Source of the DNA: Myxococcales bacterium
GTDB lineage: Bacteria; Myxococcota; Myxococcia; Myxococcales; Myxococcaceae
Assembly: GCA_030681895.1 (NCBI GenBank)
Contig: JAUXRI010000243.1
Span: 1-39,528 of the forward strand
Direction of reading: 5' to 3'
DNA length: 39,528 nucleotides
Part shown: positions 24,937 through 33,181 of the stretch, piece after piece
How positions within the stretch are numbered: the stretch's first letter is position 1
Layout of the letters: every line of letters begins with the position of its first letter
Notes under the pieces: generated by a model
Databases searched by the model: none
The model's input: the letters and a program-made list of their open reading frames with translations, nothing else
Told to the model about the DNA's origin: nothing
Position numbers and translations under genes: made by a program

Positions 24937-25095
24937 CGGTCAACCCCCGGGAAAGAAGAGCGCAGCCTAGTCGAATGCAGGGCCAAGGCACTTCAGATCA
25001 GTGCGCATAGAACCGGGGGCGCAGGCTCCCGAACGCAACCCTTGCGCAGCCCCGGTCAGTTGATGCAGCGCACGGCGGTCGGCGCGTGGCGTGCA
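24937..25095. promoter_or_regulatory. Divergent intergenic region that must hold promoters for the PEGA gene (minus) and the hox operon (plus).
   Basis: This is a 159-bp gap between divergently oriented start codons. No confident -35/-10 or sigma-54 element could be called in this GC-rich sequence. Confidence 0.3.
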
Positions 25096-26853
25096 ATGCC
25101 TTCGAGCGTGCGCTCCATCGCCGACATTCTCGACGCGCACCAGGGGGATGCCACGCGGTTGGTGCAGATCCTCCTCGAGGTGCAGCGTGAGTCCGGCAAT
25201 TGGTTGCCGGCAAGAGCTCTGACCGAGGTCGCTCGCGGCCTCGGCCTGCCGCGCGCAAAGGTCGAGGGCGTCGCTGGCTTCTATGCGTTCCTCCATCTCG
25301 CTCCGGTGGGCCGCTTCCGGGTGTTGGTGTCGGACAACATCACCGATCAATTCGCAGGGAGCCGCGAGCTGTCGGGCGAGCTGTGTCGGCGCCTCGGGGT
25401 GCAACGCGGCCACGTGCGCAGTGACGGTCGGGTGTCGGTCGACTTCACCTCGTGCACGGGCCTCTGCGACCAGGCGCCCGCCATTCTGGTGAACGGCCTC
25501 GCGGTGCCAGGCGTCGTCGGCGACCGGCTGGACGCGGTCGTGCGGCTGATTGAAGCGAACACCCCGGTCGAGGCGTGGCCCGAGGGGCTGCGGCACGTCG
25601 ACGAGGGCGTTCGCCAGGAAGGGCCGGTGCTGCGCGCCACCATGGATCCCGGCGCAGCGCTGCAAACGATGCTGCATCGGTCGCCTGCCGACGTCTTGCG
25701 CGTGCTCACCGAGTCGAAGCTGCGCGGCCGTGGAGGCGCCGGCTTTCCGGTCGCGACCAAGTGGAACACCTGCCGCGAGGCGCCGGGTGACAGCGTGGTG
25801 GTGTGCAACGCCGATGAAGGCGAGCCGGGCACGTTCAAGGACAGGGTGCTCCTCGCGCGCCGCGCCGACCTCGTGCTCGAGGGAATGACCATCGCCGCGC
25901 GTTTCACCGGCGCGACCGCTGGCTTCATCTATCTACGCGGTGAGTACGCGTTCCTCGCGCCGCACCTTCGCGACGTCATCTCGCGCCGGCGGGCCGCGAA
26001 GCTGCTCGGCACCTCCATCGCCTCGGAGCGCGGCTTCGACTTCGACGTCGAGGTGCACCTCGGCGCCGGCGCGTACGTGTGTGGCGAAGAGACGGCGTTG
26101 CTCGAGTCGCTCGAAGGGCGTCGCGGCGTGCCCCGGCACCGGCCTCCCTTTCCCGTCACGCACGGCTACCTGGGCCGCCCCACCATCGTGAACAACGTCG
26201 AGACGTACGCCGACGCTGCGGTGGTGTTCGCCGGCGGGCTCGACGCGTGGCGGGCGATGGGCACCGAGCAGTCGAGTGGCTCGAAGCTGCTCTCGGTGGC
26301 TGGCGACGTCGACCGGCCCGGCATCTACGAGCTGCCGTGGGGCACCACGCTGCGTGACGTGTTGTCGCTGGCTGGCGCGCGCGCGCCGAAGGCCGTGCAG
26401 GTCAGCGGTCCGTCGGGTGAGTTGGTGGGCCCGAAGGAGTTCGACCGCCGCCTCGCCTTCGAAGACCTGCCCTGCGCGGGCGCCATCGCCGTCTTTGGAG
26501 AAGCGCGCGATCTGCTCGACGTCGTCGTCAACTACGCCCGCTTCTTCGCCCACGAGAGCTGCGGCTTCTGCACGCCCTGCCGCGTCGGCACGCACGTCGC
26601 CGTGCGGAGCCTCGGCAAGCTGCGCGTCGGCCGTGGCTCCCAGACTGAGCTGCAGGAGCTGGCGACGCTCACCCGGCTCCTTCGCGACACGTCTCATTGC
26701 GGGCTCGGCAGCACCGCGCCCAATGCGTGGCGGCACTACCTCGACAAGTTCGGCCTCGACGCGACCCGCCGGTTGAGCGCGACGTTCCGCCCGGCCTTCG
26801 ACGTCGACGCATCGCTCCAGGGCGCGCGCGAGAGCCGGGGAGGCGAGTCATGA
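25096..26853 (+). CDS. hoxF: NAD-reducing hydrogenase diaphorase subunit HoxF (fused NuoE-like + NuoF-like).
   Basis: NuoE-type 2Fe-2S motif CTGLCDQAP. NAD/FMN site RGRGGAGFPVATKW. NuoF-type 4Fe-4S site ESCGFCTPCR. Confidence 0.9.
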   Translation: MPSSVRSIADILDAHQGDATRLVQILLEVQRESGNWLPARALTEVARGLGLPRAKVEGVAGFYAFLHLAPVGRFRVLVSDNITDQFAGSRELSGELCRRLGVQRGHVRSDGRVSVDFTSCTGLCDQAPAILVNGLAVPGVVGDRLDAVVRLIEANTPVEAWPEGLRHVDEGVRQEGPVLRATMDPGAALQTMLHRSPADVLRVLTESKLRGRGGAGFPVATKWNTCREAPGDSVVVCNADEGEPGTFKDRVLLARRADLVLEGMTIAARFTGATAGFIYLRGEYAFLAPHLRDVISRRRAAKLLGTSIASERGFDFDVEVHLGAGAYVCGEETALLESLEGRRGVPRHRPPFPVTHGYLGRPTIVNNVETYADAAVVFAGGLDAWRAMGTEQSSGSKLLSVAGDVDRPGIYELPWGTTLRDVLSLAGARAPKAVQVSGPSGELVGPKEFDRRLAFEDLPCAGAIAVFGEARDLLDVVVNYARFFAHESCGFCTPCRVGTHVAVRSLGKLRVGRGSQTELQELATLTRLLRDTSHCGLGSTAPNAWRHYLDKFGLDATRRLSATFRPAFDVDASLQGARESRGGES

Positions 26854-27563
26854 GCGCGACGTTCACTCTCGATGGTGAGGCGATCGAGTTCGAGCCGGGC
26901 CAGACGCTCATCGAAGCGGCGCGGGTGAAGGGCCGCTTCATTCCGTTTCTCTGCGCGCACCCCGAGTTCCCCGCGCACGGCTCCTGTCGCGTGTGCACCG
27001 TGCTGGTGAACGGCCGGCCGATGGCGTCGTGCACCACGAAGGCGGCCGAAGGGCTGGTCGTCGAGAGCACGACCGCTGAGCTCAAGAGCGACCGGCAGGC
27101 GCTCGTGCAGATGCTCTTCGTCGAGGGCAACCACTTCTGTCCCGGCTGCGAGAAGTCGGGCGGCTGCACGCTCCAGTCGCTGGGCACCGAGCTCGGCGTG
27201 ACGTCAGCCGGGTTCGCCCACGAGTCTCCGCGCCGGCCCGTCGACGCGTCACACCCCGACATCCTCCTCGACTTCAACCGCTGCATCCTCTGCGAGCTGT
27301 GCGTGCGCGCGTCGGCCGACGTCGACCACAAAGACGTCTTCGCGCTCTCGGGCCGTGGCCTGAGCAAACACCTCATCGTGAACGCCGAGTCAGGCCGACT
27401 CGCGGACACGGGCATGTCCACCACCGACAAGGCGATGACGGTGTGCCCGGTGGGCGTCATCTTGAAAAAGCGTCACGGCTTTCACGCGCCCATCGGTGAG
27501 CGCCCGCACGACGTCGAGTCGCCGCGTCAGCACGTGGAGCACGTGAAGGGCAGGGCGCCATGA
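26850..27563 (+). CDS. hoxU: Hydrogenase diaphorase iron-sulfur subunit HoxU (NuoG N-terminal-like).
   Basis: 2Fe-2S Cys motifs (CAHPEF...CRVC). 4Fe-4S motif CPGCEKSGGCTLQ and a further CILCELC cluster. The start overlaps the hoxF stop (ATGA). Confidence 0.9.
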   Translation: MSATFTLDGEAIEFEPGQTLIEAARVKGRFIPFLCAHPEFPAHGSCRVCTVLVNGRPMASCTTKAAEGLVVESTTAELKSDRQALVQMLFVEGNHFCPGCEKSGGCTLQSLGTELGVTSAGFAHESPRRPVDASHPDILLDFNRCILCELCVRASADVDHKDVFALSGRGLSKHLIVNAESGRLADTGMSTTDKAMTVCPVGVILKKRHGFHAPIGERPHDVESPRQHVEHVKGRAP

Positions 27564-28099
27564 CGACGAAGGTGCGCATCGCCACCACGTCACTCGCCGG
27601 CTGCTTCGGTTGCCACATGTCGCTGCTCGACATCGACGAGCGCATTCTGCCGTTGCTCTCGCGTGTGGAGTTCGACCGCTCGCCGCTGACGGACCAGAAG
27701 CACGCTGGGCCCTGCGCCGTGGGGCTCATCGAGGGCGGCGTCTGCAACGAAGACAACCTGCACGTGCTGAAAGAGTTCCGCGCGCAGTGCACCGTGCTGG
27801 TCGCGGTCGGCGCCTGCGCCATCAACGGAGGCCTGCCCGCGCAGCGCAACCACTTCGAGGTGGGCGACCTGCTTCGACACGTCTACTTCGAGGAGCCCGG
27901 ACTCACGCGTCGTGGCGTGCCGAACGACCCCGAGCTGCCGCTGCTGTTCGACAAGGTGCGGCCGCTCCACGAGCTGGTGAAGGTCGACTACTTCATCCCC
28001 GGATGCCCGCCGCCCGCCGAGGCGTTCTGGAGCTTCCTCACCGATTTGTTGGACGGGCGCGAGCCACGGCTGCCGCCAGGAGCGATCCGGTATGACTGA
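27560..28099 (+). CDS. hoxY: [NiFe] hydrogenase small subunit HoxY (NuoB-like).
   Basis: Proximal cluster motif GCFGCHMS and a C-terminal GCPP motif. It overlaps hoxU by ATGA. Confidence 0.9.
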   Translation: MTTKVRIATTSLAGCFGCHMSLLDIDERILPLLSRVEFDRSPLTDQKHAGPCAVGLIEGGVCNEDNLHVLKEFRAQCTVLVAVGACAINGGLPAQRNHFEVGDLLRHVYFEEPGLTRRGVPNDPELPLLFDKVRPLHELVKVDYFIPGCPPPAEAFWSFLTDLLDGREPRLPPGAIRYD

Positions 28100-29525
28100 C
28101 CTGCGCCGCATCGCCATCGACCCCGTCTCCCGTGTCGAGGGGCACGGCAAGGTGACGCTGCTCCTCGACGACGCGGGCCACGTCCACGAGGCGCGGCTGC
28201 ACATCGTCGAGTTCCGCGGCTTCGAGGCCTTCATCGTCGGCCGGCCGTATTGGGAAGTGCCGGTCGTCGTGCAGCGGCTGTGCGGGATCTGCCCCGTCTC
28301 GCACAACCTCTGCGCCTCGAAGGCCCTCGACGCCGTCGTCGGAGGAGTGCCGCCACCGTCGGCCGTGAAGCTGCGTCGCCTCATGCACGCGGGCCAGATG
28401 CTCCAGTCGCATGCGCTGCACTTCTTCCACCTCGCCTCGCCGGACCTGTTGTTCGGCTTCGACAGCGATGTCGCGAAGCGCAACCTGATGGGGCTCGTCG
28501 AGTCGCACCCCGAGATCGCCAAGCAGGGCGTGATGCTGCGCAAGTTCGGGCAGCAGGTGCTCGAGGCCGTCTACGGCAAGCGCATTCACGGCACCGGCGC
28601 CATCCCCGGCGGAGTGAACAAGCACCTGGCGCTCGCCGACCGCGACACGTTTCTTTCGCAGCTGCCGCAGGTCAAGACGTGGGCGCTCGAAGCCGTCGCC
28701 CTCGCGCGGCAGCTCACCGAGTCGAACATGGCGCGGCACGTCGGCTTCGGCGCGGTGCCCTCGAACCTGCTGAGCCTGGTCGCAGCCGACGGCACGCTCG
28801 ACCTCTACGACGGCGGGCTGCGCGCGAAGGACGCGGAGGGGCGGGTGCTCTTCGATGGGCTCGACGCCTCGACGTACCGGCAGCTGATTCAAGAAGAGGT
28901 GCGGCCGTGGTCGTACATGAAGTTCCCCTACCTCTCGGCCATGGGCCCCGAGGCGGGCTGGTACAAGGTCGGCCCGCTCGCGCGCCTGCAGGTGTGCGAC
29001 CGCCTGTCGACGCCGCTGGCCGAGGCTGCGCGCCGAGAGTTCATCGCCAGCTCGCCGTCGACGATTCACGCGCCGCTCGCGTCGCACTGGGCGCGGCTGA
29101 TCGAGCTGCTGCACTCGGCCGAGGAGATCGAGTTGCTCCTCCATGACGAGGACCTGCTCCACGGCGACCTCGTCTCGACGGGTCAGCGGCAACGGGAAGG
29201 GGTCGGCGTCATCGAGGCGCCGCGCGGCACGCTCATTCACCACTACGAGGTGAACGAGGACGACCTGGTGACGCGCTGCAACCTCATCGTCAGCACCACC
29301 AACAACAACCAGGCGATGAACGAGGCGATTCGTTCGGTCGCGCACCAGTACCTCGATGGGCACAGCGTGACCGAGGGCCTGCTCAACCACCTCGAGGTCG
29401 CGGTGCGGGCGTTCGACCCGTGCTTGTCCTGCGCGACGCACGCCATGGGCCAGATGCCGCTCGAGGTGACGCTGCTCGACGCCGCGGGCACCGTCGTCGA
29501 CGTGATGAGGAGGGACGCTTCATGA
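28092..29525 (+). CDS. hoxH: [NiFe] hydrogenase large subunit HoxH.
   Basis: L1 motif RVEGHG. N-terminal Ni ligands RLCGICPVSH. C-terminal Ni ligands DPCLSCATH, followed by a short extension that is the expected HoxW cleavage substrate. Confidence 0.9.
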   Translation: MTDLRRIAIDPVSRVEGHGKVTLLLDDAGHVHEARLHIVEFRGFEAFIVGRPYWEVPVVVQRLCGICPVSHNLCASKALDAVVGGVPPPSAVKLRRLMHAGQMLQSHALHFFHLASPDLLFGFDSDVAKRNLMGLVESHPEIAKQGVMLRKFGQQVLEAVYGKRIHGTGAIPGGVNKHLALADRDTFLSQLPQVKTWALEAVALARQLTESNMARHVGFGAVPSNLLSLVAADGTLDLYDGGLRAKDAEGRVLFDGLDASTYRQLIQEEVRPWSYMKFPYLSAMGPEAGWYKVGPLARLQVCDRLSTPLAEAARREFIASSPSTIHAPLASHWARLIELLHSAEEIELLLHDEDLLHGDLVSTGQRQREGVGVIEAPRGTLIHHYEVNEDDLVTRCNLIVSTTNNNQAMNEAIRSVAHQYLDGHSVTEGLLNHLEVAVRAFDPCLSCATHAMGQMPLEVTLLDAAGTVVDVMRRDAS

Positions 29526-29968
29526 AGCCACGCATGCTCGTCTTTGGCTGGGGCAACCCGTCTCGTGGTGACGATGGCCTGGGCCCCGCGTTCGTGGGCG
29601 AGGCCACCAGGAGGCCGGGCGTCGAGCTGCTCGTCGACTATCAACTGCAGCCGGAGCACGCGCTCGACCTCGTGGGCCGAGAAGAGGTGCTCTTCGTCGA
29701 CGCCAGCACCTCGACGCCAGCGCCCTTCGAGGTGTTCGAGGTGGCACCCGGCCCGAAGGTGACGTTCACCACGCATCACCTGTCTCCGGGGGCGCTCCTG
29801 GCCGTCTTCGAGCGCATCACCGGAAAACCTGCGCCGCGCGCGAGAGTCCTCGCGATTCGAGGCTCGTCATTCGACCTCGGAGAAGGGCTGAGTGAGCGGG
29901 GCCGGAGCAATCTCGAGGCAGCCCTGGCCTGGTGGGACGCCGAGCACCGGGACTCCGTCGCGCACTGA
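29522..29968 (+). CDS. hoxW: Hydrogenase maturation endopeptidase (HoxW/HyaD family).
   Basis: The N-terminus MLVFGWGNPSRGDDGLG is the typical HycI/HyaD protease N-terminal motif. It is 148 aa and overlaps the hoxH stop (ATGA). Confidence 0.85.
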   Translation: MKPRMLVFGWGNPSRGDDGLGPAFVGEATRRPGVELLVDYQLQPEHALDLVGREEVLFVDASTSTPAPFEVFEVAPGPKVTFTTHHLSPGALLAVFERITGKPAPRARVLAIRGSSFDLGEGLSERGRSNLEAALAWWDAEHRDSVAH

Positions 29969-29970
29969 CG

Positions 29971-30792
29971 CTATCGGCGACGCGCGCGAACGAACGGCAA
30001 CGTCACCGCGAAACACAGTGCGAGCAGCAGCACGATGGCGGCGCCTGATGGCGCGTTGAGGCGCGTCGAGACCAGCACGCCGCCGACGCCGCTCACGGTC
30101 GCGACGACGACGCTGGCCCACGTCATGCCGGCCACGCTGCGCGCCACGTTTCGTCCGGCCGCCGCGGGCACGAGCAACATCGCCTCGACCATCAACGCGC
30201 CCAGCACCTTCACCGACGCGACGATGACGAGGGTGAGCAGGGCGACCAGCCCGTACTCCAGCGCTGCTGAGGGGAGTCGTCGCGCGGCCGCCGTGCGGGC
30301 ATCGACCGCGTCGATCAGCAGCGCGTTGTGCCATCTCGCCAGCACTGCCAGCACCACCGCGAGCGTGATGCCGAGCACGATGAGGTCGAGCCGGGTCACC
30401 GTGAGCACCGAGCCGAACATCACCGCTTCGAGTTGGTGCACGTTGAAGCGCTTCGTCACCACGACGAGCAGCAGCACGCCGAGGCCGAGCGTGAAGGCGA
30501 GCAGGACGCCGACCAGCGTGTCCGAGGGGAGCGACGAGCGCCGCCGGACGAAGACGAGCCCGACCCCACAGAGCAGCGAGAAGCCGAGCACGCTGGCCCA
30601 CGGCGCGTCGACCGGCTCACCGAGCAGCACGCCCAGGGAGACGCCGGTGAGCACGGCCTGCCCGAGCGCGGCGGAGAAGAAGGCGAGCCGCCTCGTCAGG
30701 ACCAGCGGGGACAACAGCCCGAGCATCGGCGCCGCGAGCAACACCGCGAGGAGCGCGCGCTGCACGAAGTCGAGGGAGAGCGCCTGAGTCAT
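29971..30792 (-). CDS. Metal (Zn/Mn-type) ABC transporter permease (ZnuB/TroD family).
   Basis: 273 aa with about 8 TM helices, of the ABC-3 family. It overlaps the upstream ATPase gene by 4 bp. Confidence 0.85.
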   Translation of the reverse strand: MTQALSLDFVQRALLAVLLAAPMLGLLSPLVLTRRLAFFSAALGQAVLTGVSLGVLLGEPVDAPWASVLGFSLLCGVGLVFVRRRSSLPSDTLVGVLLAFTLGLGVLLLVVVTKRFNVHQLEAVMFGSVLTVTRLDLIVLGITLAVVLAVLARWHNALLIDAVDARTAAARRLPSAALEYGLVALLTLVIVASVKVLGALMVEAMLLVPAAAGRNVARSVAGMTWASVVVATVSGVGGVLVSTRLNAPSGAAIVLLLALCFAVTLPFVRARRR

Positions 30793-31403
30793 TCAGGGCT
30801 CCCGGTCAGCGTGGTGGTGTGGGTGGCGAGCGCGCCGACGGCGTCGAGGTCGTGCGAGATGAACAACGTCGCGAGCCCCGTGCCTCGAGCGTCCGTCAAG
30901 GCCGTGAGCAGTCGCGCGCGTGAGGCCGCGTCGAGGCCGGCTTCTGGTTCGTCGAGCAACAGCAGCGTGGGCTTCGTCGAGAGGGCGTCGGCGAGCAGCA
31001 CGCGACGCAGTTCTCCTCCCGACAGCTCGCCCAGTTGCGCGCCGAGCAACGCAGAACATCCCGTCAGCTCCAGCGCCTGCTCGACCGCGCGCCGCGTCTC
31101 TCGAGGCACACCGAGCCACGAAGGCCGTGATGTGCGCGAAGCAGCGAGGAACTCGAGCACCGTGACGGGCGTCGCCGCGAGGCCTTCGAAGCGTTGCGGC
31201 ACGATGGCGAGCGTCTCGTTCGTGGCGAGCTCCAACGTGCCTGAGAAGGGGACCAGGCCCAGCACGCAGTCGAGGAAGGTCGACTTCCCGCTGCCGTTGG
31301 GGCCGACGAGCGCGTGCACCTCACCGCGCGCCAGCTCGAGGGAGAGCGGGCGCAACCGCCCCGGCACCGCGACGTCCTTCGCCACGAGCACCCGCTCACT
31401 CAT
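30789..31403 (-). CDS. Metal ABC transporter ATP-binding protein (ZnuC/TroB family, 204 aa).
   Basis: Walker A GPNGSGKST, signature LSGGE, Walker B LLLLDEPEAGLD. The start is MSERVLV. Confidence 0.85.
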   Translation of the reverse strand: MSERVLVAKDVAVPGRLRPLSLELARGEVHALVGPNGSGKSTFLDCVLGLVPFSGTLELATNETLAIVPQRFEGLAATPVTVLEFLAASRTSRPSWLGVPRETRRAVEQALELTGCSALLGAQLGELSGGELRRVLLADALSTKPTLLLLDEPEAGLDAASRARLLTALTDARGTGLATLFISHDLDAVGALATHTTTLTGSPE

Positions 31404-32233
31404 CGCGTCATCACCTGCACGATGGCGTCGAGGTTTCGCTGCAGCTCCACTTCGAAGCGTTCGGGCGTGAAGGCTCCCGTGGCGATGTGGCTCACCACCA
31501 CCACGCTCGCGCCGGCCTCTTCGAGCACCTTCGCCATCGCCGGTGGAAACGTCTCTTCCGAGAACACGACGCTCACCTGTCGGGCCTTCAGGAGCTGCAC
31601 GATGTCGCCCAACTCCGAAGCCGAGGGGAGCAGCCCGTGGGCGGGCTCGACGACGCCAGCCACCTCGAGGCCCAGCTCCTGAAGCAGGTACGCGTACCCG
31701 TCGTGCACGGTGATGACGCGTCGCTGCTTCACGGTCGAGAGCGCTGACACCGTGCTCGCCCGCATCGCGCGAAGGCGCTTCGCGAACGCCGCGGCGTTGC
31801 GCTCGAGCGTCGGTCGCCACTCGGGCCTCAGCTGCGCGAGCGCCCGGGCCAGCGTGTACGACTGCAGCGCCGCGTTCCCCATCGAAAGAAACGTGTGCGA
31901 GTTCGGCGCGGTGCCTGCGTGGGTCTTCAGGAGCGGCGTGCCCTCATTCATCCTGATTCGGGTGAGCGTCTGGTTGCCGGCGGCGCGCACCATCTCGTCG
32001 AGGAAGGCGTCGTGGCCCAGGCCGTTCTCCACCAGCACGTCGAGCGTCGTCAGTGTCGCGACGTCTCGAGGCCGCGGCTGGTAGCTCCCGATGTCGACGT
32101 CGCCCGGGACGACTGCGACGAGCTCGACCGGGAGGCCTTTCGTCACCTGCGACGTCCACGAGTAATACGGGTGGAGCGTCACGCCGATCTTCATGGGCGC
32201 CGCGGCCACAATGAAGCAGACGAGCGCGCTCAT
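31400..32233 (-). CDS. Metal ABC transporter substrate-binding protein (TroA/ZnuA cluster-A family).
   Basis: The signal-like N-terminus is MSALVCFIVAAAPMKIG. Family-typical segments include HPYYSW, VITVHDGYAYLLQELG and VVFSEETFPP. The ATG is at 32231-32233 and a GTG alternative is at 32246-32248. Confidence 0.8.
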   Translation of the reverse strand: MSALVCFIVAAAPMKIGVTLHPYYSWTSQVTKGLPVELVAVVPGDVDIGSYQPRPRDVATLTTLDVLVENGLGHDAFLDEMVRAAGNQTLTRIRMNEGTPLLKTHAGTAPNSHTFLSMGNAALQSYTLARALAQLRPEWRPTLERNAAAFAKRLRAMRASTVSALSTVKQRRVITVHDGYAYLLQELGLEVAGVVEPAHGLLPSASELGDIVQLLKARQVSVVFSEETFPPAMAKVLEEAGASVVVVSHIATGAFTPERFEVELQRNLDAIVQVMTR

Positions 32234-33141
32234 GGCCTCGAGGTGCACGCTGGCAGTTGCTCGAGCGCTGCGGCGTCGTGTGCGGGAATGACGAGGATGT
32301 CGGGGCGCGCCTTCGAGATCGCGTGCAGCAGGCCGAGTGAATCGCCGGTCTGATCGACATCACCATCGATCGGGACGAGGGGGTTCTTGTGCACCGGCGC
32401 CTCGATGCCGCGGCTCGTCCACGAGGTGTCGCCCGAGAACAGTGCCGTACGCCCATCGGTGAGTTTGACGAGGAACCCCGTGCTCCCGGGCGTATGCCCC
32501 GGCAACGGCACCGCGACGATCGAGCCGTCGCCGAAGACGTCGAATGACGAGGGAAAGCCGTCGCGCGCTGGGCCTTTGAAGTCGAACCAGAAGAGGCGCT
32601 CCCTCGCGCGGGCGAGGTGGCTCGTGATCACGCCCTCGTCGAAGAAGCGGCTCAGCCCGCGCGCCCACTCGAGCTCGCCTCGGGCCAGCACGACGCGCGC
32701 GTTGGGCAGGTCGCCGAGCGCGCCGATGTGGTCCCAGTGAGTATGGGTCGCGAGCGCGAGGCTGATGTCCTTCGGGTCGATGCCTGCGGTTTGCATGACG
32801 TCGACCAGGGGGTGTTTCGTGCGGGCGGGCCCCATCAACGCCGCGAACAGCTTTGGCGACCGCGCGAGATCGTTCGCGACGTCACGACCGAACGCCGGGT
32901 CGATCATCACCAGGCCCGCAGGGTGCTTCACCACCACCGACGCGATGCCAAACTGCCACGGCTCGAAGCTCCACTCGGCGACGCCTTCGACGCGCGAGCG
33001 CACCAGCCGCTCCTGCATCAGCACGCACACCTCGACGCCACGGCCAGGCAGCTTCGACGCAGCGACGACGCTCGCCTCGGGAATACGAATGGGCGCGGTG
33101 CACGCGAGCAGGACACACGAGAGAGCCGCGAGGTGGCGCAT
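32230..33141 (-). CDS. Exported MBL-fold metallo-hydrolase (lipoprotein-type signal).
   Basis: It begins MRHLAALSCVLLACT (signal / possible lipobox). It has the metallo-beta-lactamase motifs THTHWDH, GHTPGS and HD. It is the first gene of the metal-importer operon, with a 4-bp overlap. Confidence 0.8.
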   Translation of the reverse strand: MRHLAALSCVLLACTAPIRIPEASVVAASKLPGRGVEVCVLMQERLVRSRVEGVAEWSFEPWQFGIASVVVKHPAGLVMIDPAFGRDVANDLARSPKLFAALMGPARTKHPLVDVMQTAGIDPKDISLALATHTHWDHIGALGDLPNARVVLARGELEWARGLSRFFDEGVITSHLARARERLFWFDFKGPARDGFPSSFDVFGDGSIVAVPLPGHTPGSTGFLVKLTDGRTALFSGDTSWTSRGIEAPVHKNPLVPIDGDVDQTGDSLGLLHAISKARPDILVIPAHDAAALEQLPACTSRP

Positions 33142-33181
33142 GGAGGTCGGCGTTATGCCGCAACCGGCCTGCGATGCCACC

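Noticed and set aside
24937-25095. Sigma-54 (-24/-12) promoter upstream of hoxF (GGC...TTGC-like elements).
   Set aside because: The GG-N10-GC spacing does not fit the TGGCAC-N5-TTGC consensus. GC-rich sequence generates many partial matches.
28038-29441. 467-aa minus-strand ORF antisense to hoxH (also 27590..28543, 25933..26736, 26669..27460).
   Set aside because: The plus strand carries complete, motif-perfect hydrogenase subunits. The antisense ORFs are GC-frame artefacts.
29400-29525. Possible selenocysteine (NiFeSe) or frameshift in HoxH C-terminus.
   Set aside because: Both C-terminal Ni ligands are ordinary Cys codons in DPCLSCATH. No in-frame TGA is present.
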